Below, in pieces: positions 12,951 through 26,800 of a DNA stretch of 64,000 nt (position 1 is the stretch's first letter; every line of letters starts with the position of its first letter). A model generated the notes under the pieces. That model saw only the letters and a program-made list of their open reading frames with translations, was not told the DNA's origin and ran no database searches. This stretch comes from Macrostomum lignano. Taxonomy: Eukaryota. Made by a program: the position numbers and the translations under genes. Where the stretch lies: the NCBI GenBank assembly GCA_002269645.1, contig NIVC01001938.1:62001-126000 (forward strand), read 5' to 3'.

Positions 12951-15900
12951 ATGACGGCCGCTTGTAGGACAACCGTGCTCCAACTGTTCAAAGAGAAACA
13001 GATTGAGAAGTTGTCAAAATTTGTGGCTGATTGCTCCCCGGATGAGGCACGTGACTTTGCTTATTGTGATTTTCCAGCCAATCCCTGCTCATCCACAATG
13101 TACACCAACTGGGTAGCCAATCCCTGCTCATCCACAATGTGCACAAACTGGGTAGCCAATCCCTGCTCATCCACATATGTACACAAACTGGGTAGCCAAT
13201 CCCTACTCATCCACAATGTACACAAACTGGGTAGCCTATCCCTACTCATCCACAATGTACAGAAACTGGTTAGCCAATCCTTACTCATCCACAATGTACA
13301 GAAACTGGTTAGCCAATCCTTACTCATCCACAATGTACAGAAACTGGGTAGCCAATCCCTACTCATCCACAATGTACAGAAACTGGGTAGCCAATCCCTA
13401 CTCATCCACAATGTACAGAAACTGGGTAGCTAACCCCTGCCCATCCAGAATGTACACACCCTCCCAGCCAATCTCAGCACACCCCACAATGTACACAGCC
13501 TCCCAGCTAATCCCAGCACACCCCACAATATTCTAGCACACCCCACAATGTACACACCCTCCCAGCCAATCTCAGCACACCCCACAATGTACACACCCTC
13601 CCAGCCAATCCCAGCACACCCCACAATGTACACACCCTCCCAGCCAATCCCAGCACACCCCACAATGTACACACCCTCCCAGCCAATCCCAGCACACCCC
13701 ACAATGTACACACCCCCAGCCAATTCCAGCACACCCCACAATGTACACACCCCCAGCCAATTCCAGCACACCCCACAATGTACACACCCCCAGCCAATTC
13801 CAGCACACCCCACAATGTACACACCCCCAGCCAATCCCAGCACACCCCACAATGTACACACCCCCAGCCAATTCCAGCACACCCCACAATGTACACACCC
13901 CCAGCCAATCCCAGCACACCCCACAATGTATACCCTCTCAGTAAATCCCAAATTATCAATCCCATTCTCCAACCCGCCGTGCAGTTGCAGGCAACAATGC
14001 TAGAAGCTTGCGGTGCCCCAGACTTCGGCCACCTAGCCAAGGCCATGTTCAAAGGGCTTGAACTGGCTCACTGTGACGAGTCTGCAGCGGCCGAGCGTCG
14101 TTGTGGTTTGGTCCGAGCGGCAGTTCGCGTGATGGCCAGAACCGAAGTTAGCGGGCCGATCTGCTCTGAAGCGATGTCGCTGCTGTCTATTGAGGTTAGT
14201 TGCTGTACTAACCGCCATTAGCTTAGCTTAACTCTACACAGTTCAATAAATATGGATAGCCGACAAGGCAGCAATGTGTTTCTTGAAAATTCGAATAACT
14301 TAATGACTGAATACTCAAAGCTTATCAGTTAGAATTATTCATTTTTCACAGGTGTCTAATCTTTCTGATTCGGCTTTGGTCAGCGTGTTTGACACCTTGT
14401 TGGATGTCACCGCTTCAGACAGAATTGCTTCACCAGCGTAAGTTTCAAATATTATTTTATTGAATTGTTTATTTTTTAAGAAGTTTTTTTAACTAATCTA
14501 ATAAATATAAAAACTCTGATCCTGAGGAACAATCGCTAATCCATATCAAAACTTCGAAGGCATAAAAGTGATAGACGCCGAAGCAAACTATAAAAGCCGA
14601 CAAAAGCTATTAAAATCGACAAAAGGCCTTGTAACTCGACAAAGACCATAGAAACCGACAAAGACCATGGAAATCAAGAAAGACCATGAAAACCGAGAAA
14701 GGGCCTTATAACTCGACAAAGACCATAGAAATCGACAAAGACTATATAACCGAGAAAGGGCCTTACAACTTGACAAAGACCATAGAAACCGATAAAGACC
14801 GTAGAATCCGACAAAGCCATAGAATCCGACAAAAACGGTAGAAACCGACAAAGACCGTAGGAACCAACAAAAACCGTAGGAACCCGATAAAGACCATAGA
14901 AACCGACAAAGACCGAGGAAAACGACAAAGACCGTACATGTAGATACCGACAAAGACCATAGAAACCGACGAAGACCATAAAAAGCGACAAGGACCATAG
15001 AAACTGATACAACCATAGAAACCGACAGACCATGAAAACCGATAAAAACCATAGAAAACGACAAGGCCATCAAAACCCACAAGGCCACAGAAACCGACAA
15101 AGACTATAGGAATCGACCGAAACTGACAAAGACTAAAACTGTGAATTCAACGTCAGGTTTATGCATCCCAGCCTAAAATTTGCGTAACACTAACTCATAT
15201 TGCTACTTAAAGTATTAGTACGAATTAAAAAATAAGTGTCAATATTATATTGCAGTATACTAGACCTACTAGACAAACTGCTCACCCGTGACAAACTTGG
15301 CCTAGCTGATCGCCTGTGCTCAGCCGATTGGCACAGAGACAATGCCCTGCCCATAGTTGCCTGTCTAGCCGAGCTGGGGGCTCCTCTATCGGCTAGGGAG
15401 CGCGATTCGCTAGTTCGAAAATCTATCTGCTGCCTGCGACGAGTGGACATTTCTAATCTAGCTGGACTGCTCTATCATGCGTTTCTATTTGCTAGCAAGG
15501 CTGGTCTGTTGCGTCTGGTTATCTGCGAGGTTGTGGAATTCTTTGCCGAATTGGAGGGCTCCAATGAGAAGGAGAATTCTCAGGTGAGGATAAATAATGC
15601 CGTTTTTTTAGGTAACTGTAGTTGTCAATATATATTCTAATGCCTCGGCATCTAATTAGTTATTTGTAGATTTGAATTTATCGTATCAGGGTAACCGGCG
15701 AGAGTAACTATAGCTGTCAAAGCATACGTAAATGTCTCGGCAGCTAGTTAATTATTACTAACATGCTACTTTCAGTAGGGTAGCTAGAAAATAAGAGTAT
15801 GGGTATTTTCCCGACCACGCAGGGCGAACCAGACGGGATACACGCGGCGGACGCCAATGAAGAAGACATTGTTGAAGCTGAAGGCACAGTTCTAGTTCAC

Positions 15901-18900
15901 TTATTGTACACTATTCGGTTGAGTCCAACTCTGTCTGCTGAGCTGCTTAAAGTGTTGCGATCGCTTCCACTGGCGCAGCTGTTGCGTCCGTTCTCCTTGG
16001 CGCTATATTTTGTGCTGGTATCCGCTAGGATGGACGACGATATGCACAGGCCTTTGAGGCTTATTGTTGCCAGGTAAACTCACTGTCAATGCTTTCCAGG
16101 GTGCAGATTCCAAGGTGGAGGGTGCAGATTCCAAGGAGGAGGGTGCAGATTCCAAGGTGTAGGGTGCAGATTCCGAGGTGGAGGGTGCAGATTCCAAAGT
16201 GTAGGGTGCAGATTCCGAGGTGGAGGGTGCAGATTCCAAGGTGGGGGGTTCAGATTCCATGGGGGAGGGTGCAGATTCCAAGGTGGAGGGTGCAGATTCC
16301 AAGGAGGGTGCAGATTCCAAGGTGGGGGGTTCAGATTCCAAGGAGGAGGGTGCAGATTCCAAGGAGGGTGCAGATTCCATGGGGGAGGGTGCAGATTCCA
16401 AGGAGGAGGGTGCAGATTCCAAGGAGGGTGCAGATTCCAAGGTGGAGGGTGCAGATTCCAAGGAGGGTGCAGATTCCAAGGTGGAGGGTGCAGATTCCAA
16501 GGAGGGTGCAGATTCCAAGGTGGATGGTGCAGATCCCAAGAAATAGGGTGAGGAGTTCAGGCAGAGGAGTGAAATATTCCAGGCTAGAATGGAGACTACA
16601 TAGACTGAATTCTCTCCAGATACTACCAGGAGCGATGCCTACGCAGTGAGTCTGTCTTCCTTCGCTCGTTCCCCGACCCATTGAGCGATGCATCGGCAGC
16701 TGGTGCTGCTGATGCTGACAGCGAGGGCAGCGGCAGCAGCAGCAGTGTCATCAGCGATCCGATAGTGTCCGCCTTTGACATTGTGGCCACCCGAGCTGCC
16801 CGGCAATGGGACAATATTGTACCTGGCCTGGTTGGTTTCGCATTCAGCTGTTTAGAGGTACAGCAGCAGCAGCAGCAGCAACAGCAAAGCTATCAGACTA
16901 GCGCCGGAATCGCCGCGGCCCGAGCTGTCAATCGACTCGGTCGGGAGCTTCTAGTTCGGATGTATCGACGGGCCGAAGCTGCCCGGGAGACTATCCTGAG
17001 CGAGGCGGTTGCACTGTTGCTCACTACAGGCGGGAGTAGGCCGTTGGCTAATCTGATTCGCACTCTCATTGCCAGGTATCTAATTTACACCATTGCTATA
17101 TAGTTTCAAGCATTTAGCTGTAGGGGTGGGCCTGGGCCCTGTATGCCTTTACCTGAGATCTAGACTCTAAATGTATTTTAACAGACTGGCATTTTAAAGA
17201 CATTCTAGACATCCTATTGCCGTTCTAGAGACCCCCGATATTTCCATTCTAGACCCCCGATATTTCCATTCTAGAGACCCGGTGCGATTCTAGAGACCCC
17301 GGTGCAATTCTAGAGGCCCGGTGCAATTCTAGAGGCCCGGTGCAATTCTAGAGACCCCGGTGCTATTCTAGAGGCCTGGTGCTATTCTAGAGACCCCGGT
17401 GCTATTCTAGAGACCCGGTGCAATTCTAGAGGCCCGGTGCAATTCTAGAGGCCCGGTGCAATTCTAGAGGCCCGGTACAATTCTAGAGGCCCGGTGCAAT
17501 TCTAGAGACCCCGGTGCAATTCTAGAGACCCGGTGCAATTCTAGAGACCCGGTGCAATTCTAGAGACCCCGGTGCTATTCTAGAGACCCGGTGCAATTCT
17601 AGAGGCCCGGTGCAATTGTAGAGACCCCGGTGCAATTCTAGAGACCCGGTGCAATTCTAGAGGCCCGGTGCAATTCTAGAGACCCCGGTGCTATTCTAGA
17701 GACCCGGTGCAATTCTAGAGACCCCGGTGCTATTCTAGAGGCCTGGTGCTATTCTAGAGACCCCGGTGCAATTCTAGAGACCCGGTGCAATTCTAGAGGC
17801 CCGGTGCAATTCTAGAGGCCCGGTGCAATTCTAGAGGCCCGGTGCAATTCTAGAGGCCCGGTACAATTCTAGAGACCCCGGTGCTATTCTAGAGACCCGG
17901 TGCAATTCTAGAGGCCCGGTGCAATTCTAGAGACCCCGGTGCTATTCTAGAGACCCGGTGCAATTCTAGAGGCCTGGTGCAATTCTAGAGACCCCGGTGC
18001 TATTCTAGAGACCCGGTGCAATTCTAGAGGCCCGGTGCAATTCTAGAGACCCCGGTGCTATTCTAGAGACCATAGAACCATTTTAGAGATTCCAGCGCCA
18101 GAGGATTTAAAAAAATTGTAAACCCCCATTATCATAACTGCACGTCATCCCATGCTCAGGTACCCAACTCTCGCTCTAAAGCAGCACGAGATGCTGCGAG
18201 CGAATCTAGATAGTCTATTAGCTACACTGCCTGAATCAGTTGCCGTGGCAACGGTTGCTAGCCTGGCGCCGCTGTTGCGTTGGTCCAGCCGTCTAAGAGA
18301 CTCGCTGATCATGTGCCTGCGCAAGTGTTTGTACGCCCGTCAGGACGGCATCAGACGGATGGCGTTGCGCTCTTTGCTGCTGCTGTTGAAGCACTTCAAG
18401 CTGACGGCTGCGACGCCCGCTGTTGAGTCTTCGGCGGCCTCGCAGGCTGTCAGGCCCGGAGCTGCGTTTCGCGTGTCCGCTTCGTTCGCTAGCCAGCAGA
18501 GTTCATCGCAGAGCTCCTCGCAGAGCTCCTCCCAGGTGCAACAACAGCAGCGGAATGTAGTAGATGTACACCTGCATGCAGTTAGCGGCAGTCAGTTAAC
18601 CAATTATTCTACAGGTGTTAATGAGGCTCTCTGTCTGGAGATTGTCGGCATGGTGAATCGTATCGCTAGTCAGATGCCGCAGTTCCTGTCATTGATTTAT
18701 CAGGTTTGGGTTCTTATTAAATAATCATATTTCTGTCTCCTGCACCAATTTGAGTAGATTTGAAGATTAAAAGTAATTTAATCTTTCCATTATTAGTATT
18801 ATTCCAATTTGAGTTGTTAGCCAAGCATATCCAATCATGCTCAAGCATATCCAATCATGCTGAAGCATATCCAATCATGCTCAAGCATATCCAATCATGC

Positions 18901-21900
18901 TCAAGCATATCCAATCATGCTCAAGCATATCCAATCATGCTCAAGCATATCCAATCATGCTCAAGCATATCCAACCATGCTCAAGCATATCCAATCATGC
19001 TCAAGCATATCCAACCATGCTCAAGTATATCCAATGGTGCTCAAGCATATCCAATCATGCTGAAGCATATCCAATCATGCTCAAGCATATCCAATGGTAC
19101 TCGAGCATATCCAATCATGCTCAAGCATATCCAATGGTACTCGAGCATATCCAATCATGCTGAAGCATATCCAATCATGCTCAAGCATATCCAATGGTAC
19201 TCGAGCATATCCAACCTTGCTCAAGCATATCCAATCATGCTCAAGCATATCCAATGGTACTCGAGCATATCCAACCTTGCTCAAGCATATCCAATCATGC
19301 TCAAGCATATCCAACCATGCTCAAGTATATCCAATGGTGCTCAAGCATATCCAATCATGCTCAAGCATATCAATCATGCTCAAGCATATCCAACCATGCT
19401 CAAGCATATCCAATCATGCTCAAGCATATCCAATGGTGCTCAAGCATATCCAATCATGCTGAAGCATATCCAATCATGCTCAAGCATATCCAATGGTACT
19501 CGAGCATATCCAATCATGCTCAAGCATATCCAATCATGCTCAAGCATATCCAACCATGCTCAAGTATATCCAATGGTGCTCAAGCATATCCAATCATGCT
19601 CAAGCATATCCAATCATGCTCAAGCATATCCAACCATGCTCAAGCATATCCAATCATGCTCAAGCATATCCAATGGTGCTCAAACATATCCAATCATGCT
19701 CAAGCATATCCAACCATGCTCAAGTATATCCAATGGTGCTCAAGCATATCCAATCATGCTCAAGCATATCCAATCATGCTGAAGCATATCCAATCATGCT
19801 CAAGCATATCCAATGGTACTCGAGCATATCCAACCATGCTCAAGCATATCCAATCATGCTCAAGCATATCCAACCATGCTCAAGTATATCCAATGGTGCT
19901 CAAGCATATCCAATCATGCTCAAGCATATCCAATCATGCTCAAGCATATCCAACCATGCTCAAGCATATCCAATCATGCTCAAGCATATCCAATGGTGCT
20001 CAAGCATATCCAATCATGCTCAAGCATATCCAATCATGCTCAAGCATATCCAATGGTACTCAAGCATATCCAACCATGCTCAAGCATATCCAATGGTACT
20101 CGAGCATATCCAATCATGCTCAAGCATATCCAATGGTACTCGAGCATATCCAATCATGCTGAAGCATATCCAATCATGCTCAAGCATATCCAATGGTACT
20201 CGAGCATATCCAACCATGCTCAAGCATATCCAATCATGCTCAAGCATATCCAATCATGCTCAAGCATATCCAATCATGCTCAAGCATATCCAATCATGCT
20301 CAAGCATATCCAATCATGCTCAAGCATATCCAATCATGCTCAAGCATATCCAATCATGCTCAAGCATATCCAATCATGCTCAAGCATATCCAACCACGCT
20401 CAAGCATATCCAATCATTCTAAAGCATATCCAATCATGCTCAAGCATATCCAATCATGTTCAAGCATATCCAATCATGCTCAAGCATATCCAATCATGTT
20501 TAAGCATATCCAACCACATCCAATCACATCCAGTCATGTCCAATCACATCAAATCTAACCCTGAACTAATAAAAAGCAAAGATTAGAAAAGCGGTTCAGC
20601 AGTTTTACTCACCCTTCATCATCAGGTTTAACACCTGTAAGCAACATCCTACCGTTTTACACCAACCTAATCTTTGTCCTCCTCCAGGAGCTCCCAGACG
20701 TGTGCGAAAGCAACCCGGGCCTACTCGAACCGTTTCTCGGTCACCTGCTGTCGCGCCTCGATCGCCTGATGCCATCAGACAGGCTGGCGGATCCAGACCA
20801 GGCCCCTGTGGACTTTTCTCCCTGCTTTGGTCCGGCCATTGGCGGAGGTGTTGCTCTGCTGGAGCCGCTGGTTAGTTGGCAACAGCGGTTTCAATTTTTA
20901 TGGCTTTTTGATAAACTGTCTCTGTTGTCTCAATATCATTCAGGCGCTTTTTATCGTTTCTCTCAATTTATATAGTCAGATTCTGCCTTATAATTTCATT
21001 TCATTAATATGTCACATCTTGTCACACCCTGTCTCATTCTGCGACATCCTGTCACATTCTGTCACACCCTGTCTCATTCTGCCACATCCTGTCACATTCT
21101 GTCACACCCTGACTCATTCTGCCACATCCTGTCACATTCTGTCACACCCTGTCTCATTCTGCCACATCCTGTCACATTCTGTCACACCCTGTCTCATTCT
21201 GCCACATCCTGTCACATTCTGTCACACCCTGTCTCATTCTGCCACATCCTGTCACATTCTGTCACACCCTGTCTCATTCTGCCACATCCTGTGACATTCT
21301 GTCACACCCTGTCTCATTCTGCCACATCCTGTGACATTCTGTCACACCCTGTCTCATTCTGCCACATCCTGTCACATTCTGTCACACCCTGTCTCATTCT
21401 GCGACATCCTATTATATTGTACCACATCCTGTCACATCCTGTCACGTTGTTAGCACACTTATAGTCTATGGCCGTGCGCGAGTACACGCCATTAATCCAA
21501 TCCAATCCAGGACGAACTGCTCAGCGCTACTCAACGCTTAGTCTCTCTTGGCCGCGCAGAGCTCAAACAGCAAGAGCCACCAAGCCCAGCCCTGTCGGAC
21601 CTGGTTAGCCGAGCCAACTCGCTTTTATCCAACGCCGCCGCTCGTTTTGCCTCCGCCGAATTGGAGGAACTCGAAGTCGACGCCACGTCAGAATACTGCG
21701 GCGCCGGCGACGAAGCTGTTAAAGTCTGTCGCCGGTCGGCGCTAATGCTCGGCTCGTTTGAGTCGCTAATGTTGCACGAGATGTCAACGGCCGCCAGCGC
21801 TACTGACCTGCCCGACCGGCTGGTGGCTCTCTACAGACAGCGCCGACTTCTGTGCGAAGTTATCGATAAGAAGCGAGCCAACGCCGCCGCAACTGCGGGA

Positions 21901-23223
21901 CCATCGGCTGGGAACGGCCGGAGGGCCAACAACGCTTCGGCGGCGGCCGGCACTTCTGCAATTAGTAGCAGCAATGGCGGTGCCGCGGGTCAGCTGGCCT
22001 GGCCAGTGCAGCCGGACTCTTGCGGCCAGTTGCGCCTTGACGAAACCTGTCAGATGCTCTGTCGAGCTCTCACCGCGTCGCCGTCTTCTTCAACGTCCGC
22101 CGCCTCGCCGGTCAGTCCGGAGACGCGGGCCGACCTGTCCCAGTTTCTGCTAGACCGGGCTCGCCTACTACTGCCGCCTGTCCAGCCGCCGCCGGTGACT
22201 TTCGTCGATGAACAACCCGACGCTAAGGCGGCGGAGTCTGAGGACTTTGACGATGACGAGATAAGCGCTGAAACTAAGGCGAAACAGTTAAAGGCGATGC
22301 GTCAGCTGTGCAAAGTCAGTTTGAGCTTCTACGGGCATTCGGTTAAACGAATAACAGCTGGTGTTGCTACTAATAATAGTAGTACAGCTGCGGCTGATAC
22401 TAGCGGCGTTGGCGCTGGCCCGGCGCCGATCTCGATGACTGTGCACCGGTGCGTTCATCGAGTGATGCAGGTAGGTTTTTATGTTATGTCGATATTTCAT
22501 TTTTAGTGAATTGTCGATTTTTTCATCGTTTTTTATTAGATTATCGCTTTTTTTAATTGTCGATTTTTATTGGATTATCGATTTTTTATATTATCGATTT
22601 CCATTTAACATTATCGATTTTTACTAGATTTTCAGTTTTAATTATCGATTATTTTGGTCGATTATCTTATTTTTTCGATTATCGATTTTTATTAGATTAT
22701 TGATTTTAATTATTAGATTAGATTATCGTTTTTTCGATTATCGATTTTTTTATTATCGATTTTTTCGATCATCGATTTTTATTAGATTATCGTTCTTCCA
22801 TTATCGATAATTTCTACTGACGCGCCTTAACATAGGCTGCCCTAAGCCTGGCCTCGGCTATCTCGGATCGCTGGACAGGGCGTCAGCTCAACTCCGTCTC
22901 AATCAACAGCCAATCGCTGGCCGACAATCTGCGCCATTGGACCGCCGCCCTAGTTCGCACCGGGGAGCCCCGGCACAGCCGGGACCTGGCCCAGCTAGCC
23001 GGCCTTCTGCTCTGCCTGGATCCCGGCCAGGCCTACCTGCACTTTGCCGAGTCCCTGCTGCGCTCCGAGGCTGTTGCTAACGGCGCTCTCAAAGACGATG
23101 CCGCCTCTACTAGGGCTGTGGCGGCCCTGTTGGCTAGGAACTGCGTTCGGCATCACCCGCTGCCTGGGGACCACCTGATGGCACTAGCTGGGTGAGGACA
23201 GTGTGTCTGTCTGTCTGTCTGCC

Positions 23224-23270
<47 letters not shown>

Positions 23271-23327
23271 GTGTCTGTCTGTGTGTCTGCCTGTCTGTCT
23301 GCCTGTCTGTCTGTCTGTCTGTGTGTG

Positions 23328-23410
<83 letters not shown>

Positions 23411-23461
23411 GTGTGTGTGTGTCTGTCTGTCTGTCTGTCAGTCTGTCTGTCTGTCTGTGTG

Positions 23462-23496
<35 letters not shown>

Positions 23497-23509
23497 ATGT
23501 CTGTCTGTA

Positions 23510-23542
<33 letters not shown>

Positions 23543-23555
23543 TAGTGTCTGTCTA

Positions 23556-23586
<31 letters not shown>

Positions 23587-23617
23587 TTCTGTATGTCTGT
23601 CTGTCTGTCTGTCTTAG

Positions 23618-23658
<41 letters not shown>

Positions 23659-23685
23659 TAGTGTCTGTCTGTCTGTCTGTCTTAG

Positions 23686-23722
<37 letters not shown>

Positions 23723-23745
23723 TAGTGTCTGTCTGTCTGTCTTAG

Positions 23746-23782
<37 letters not shown>

Positions 23783-23805
23783 TAGTGTCTGTCTGTCTGT
23801 CTTAG

Positions 23806-23890
<85 letters not shown>

Positions 23891-26800
23891 GTCTCTGTCA
23901 GTCTTAGAATCTGTCAAACTGTCTCAAATCCCTGCTACCTGTATCCCACAGCTGCCTTCGCCATCGACTCGGCGATGGAGAAAGCGAGGCTGGAGGCAGC
24001 GGCGCCGGAGGTCGTCGTCAGCAGCGTCGCGACGGCGCCGCCGCATTCGCCTGCATCAATCGTCGCACAGCGGACTCGGTGCTGCAGGCCCTGGTTGGCG
24101 AGCTGGGCTTTGCTCTCGACGAACTCGACTGGATTTTGTCAGCCTCCGGCGGTGCTTCATCATCGGCGCTGCAGTCTGTGGAATCGTTCCGCTCGGTGGC
24201 CTCCCGGTTCGGCCTGCTGTCCCGGCTGGTGCACTGCCTGGCCTCCATGGGCCTGAAGCCGGGCGCCCAGACTGGCCTCGTGACCCGCCTGGCCACCAGG
24301 CACTTCCGGTTGCTGGCCTCTCTGGTCCGCTGCCTGGCCACCGCTGGACAGTCTGTGGCGGTACAGCAGGTGGGTGGCAGGGAGATTCGACTTTCTTGAG
24401 GGTCGGATTGCCTCATAAATGTTCTCAGTGACGCTATTTTGCTCCTAACTCACCTGTAGAATCGCCCCTCAATCACCCTGTAAAATCGCCCCTGAATCAC
24501 CTGTAGAATCGCACCTCAATCACCTGTAGAATCGCCCCTCAATCACCTGTAGAATCGCCCCTAAATTACCCTGTAGAATCTCCCCTCAATCACCTGTAGA
24601 ATCGCTTCTGAATCACCCTGTAGAATCGCCCTTCAATCACCTGTAGAATCGTCCCTGAATCACCTGTAGAATCTCCCCTCAATCACCTGTAGAATCGCCC
24701 CTAAATTACCCTGTAGAATCTCCCCTCAATCACCTGTAGAATCGCCCCTGAATCACCTGTAGAATCTCCCCTCAATCACCTGTAGAATCGCCCCTAAATT
24801 ACCCTGTAGAATCTCCCCTCAATCACCTGTTGAAATCGCCCCTCAATCTCTTGTAGAATCGCTCCTGAATCACCCTGTAGAATCTCGCCTTAATCACCTG
24901 TAGAATAGCCTCGTAATCACCCTGTAGAATCGCCCCTCAATCACCTGTAGAATCGCTCCTGAATCACCCTGTAGAATCTCCCCTCAATCACCTGTAGAAT
25001 AGCCTCGTAATCACCCTGTAGAATAGCCTCGTAATCACCCTGTTGAATCTCCCCTCAATCACCTGTAGAATCGCCCCTCAATCACCCTGTAAAATCGCCC
25101 CTGAATCACCTGTAGAATCGCACCTCAATCACCTGTAGAATCGGCCCTAAATTACCCTGTAGAATCGGCCCTAAATTACCCTGTAGAATCTCCCCTCAAT
25201 CACCTGTAGAATCGCTCCTGAATCACCCTGTAGAATCGCTCCTTAATCACCCTGTAGAATCTCCCCCCAATCACCTGTAGAATAGCCTCGTAATCACCCT
25301 GTAGAATCGCCCCTCAATCACCTGTAGAATCGCTCCTGAATCACCCTGTAGAATCTCCCCTCAATCACCTGTAGAATAGCCTTGTAATCACCCTGTAGAG
25401 TCGCCCCTCAATCACCCTGTAGAATCGCTCCTGAATCACCCTATAGAATCGCCCCTCAATCACCTGTAGAATCGCTCCTGAATCACCCTGTAGAATCGCC
25501 CATAAATCACCTGTAGAATAGCCTCGTAATCACCCTGTAGAATAGCCTCGTAATCACCCTGTAGAATCGCACCTCAATCACCTGTAGAATCGCCCCTCAA
25601 TCACCCTGTAAAATCGCCCCTGAATCACCTGTAGAATCGCACCTCAATCACCTGTAGAATCGGCCCTAAATTACCCTGTAGAATCTCCCCTCAATCACCT
25701 GTAGAATCGCTCCTGAATCACCCTGTAGAATCGCTCCTTAATCACCCTGTAGAATCTCCCCCCAATCACCTGTAGAAAAGCCTCGTAATCACCCTGTAGA
25801 ATCTCCCCTCAATCACCTGTAGAATAGCCTCGTAATCACCCTGTAGAGTCGCCCCTCAATCACCCTGTAGAATCGCTCCTGAATCACCCTATAGAATCTC
25901 CCCTCAATCACCTGTAGAATCGCTCCTGAATCACCCTGTAGAATCTCCCCTCAATCACCTGTAGAATCGCTCCTGAATCACCCTATAGAATCTCCCCTCA
26001 ATCACCTGTAGAATAGCCTCGTAATCACCCTGTAGAGTCGCCCCTCAATCACCCTGTAGAATCGCTCCTGAATCACCCTATAGAATCGCACCTCAATCAC
26101 CTGTAGAATCGCCCCTCAATCACCCTGTAAAATCGCCCCTGAATCACCTGTAGAATCGCACCTCAATCACCTGTAGAATCGGCCCTAAATTACTCTGTAG
26201 AATCTCCCCTCAATCACCTGTAGAATCGCTCCTGAATCACCCTGTAGAATCGCTCCTTAATCACCCTGTAGAATCTCCCCCCAATCACCTGTAGAATAGC
26301 CTCGTAATCACCCTGTAGAATCGCCCCTCAATCACCTGTAGAATCGCTCCTGAATCACCCTGTAGAATCTCCCCTCAATCACCTGTAGAATAGCCTCGTA
26401 ATCACCCTGTAGAGTCGCCCCTCAATCACCCTGTAGAATCGCTCCTGAATCACCCTATAGAATCGCCCCTCAATCACCTGTAGAATCGCTCCTGAATCAC
26501 CCTGTAGAATCGCCCATAAATCACCTGTAGAATCGCCCGTAAATCACCCTGTAGAATCGCCCCTATAAATCACCTGTTGAATCGCCCTCAGTCACCTGTA
26601 GAATCGCCCCTATAAATCACCTGTTGAATCGCCCTCAGTCACCTGTAGAATCGCCCCTATAAATCACCTGTTGAATCGCCCTCAGTCACCTGTAGAATCG
26701 CCCCTATAAATCACCTGTTGAATCGCCCTCAGTCACCTGTAGAATCGCCCCTATAAATCACCCCGTTACAATAAATCACAGATCAGTCAGTCTCCAACGG

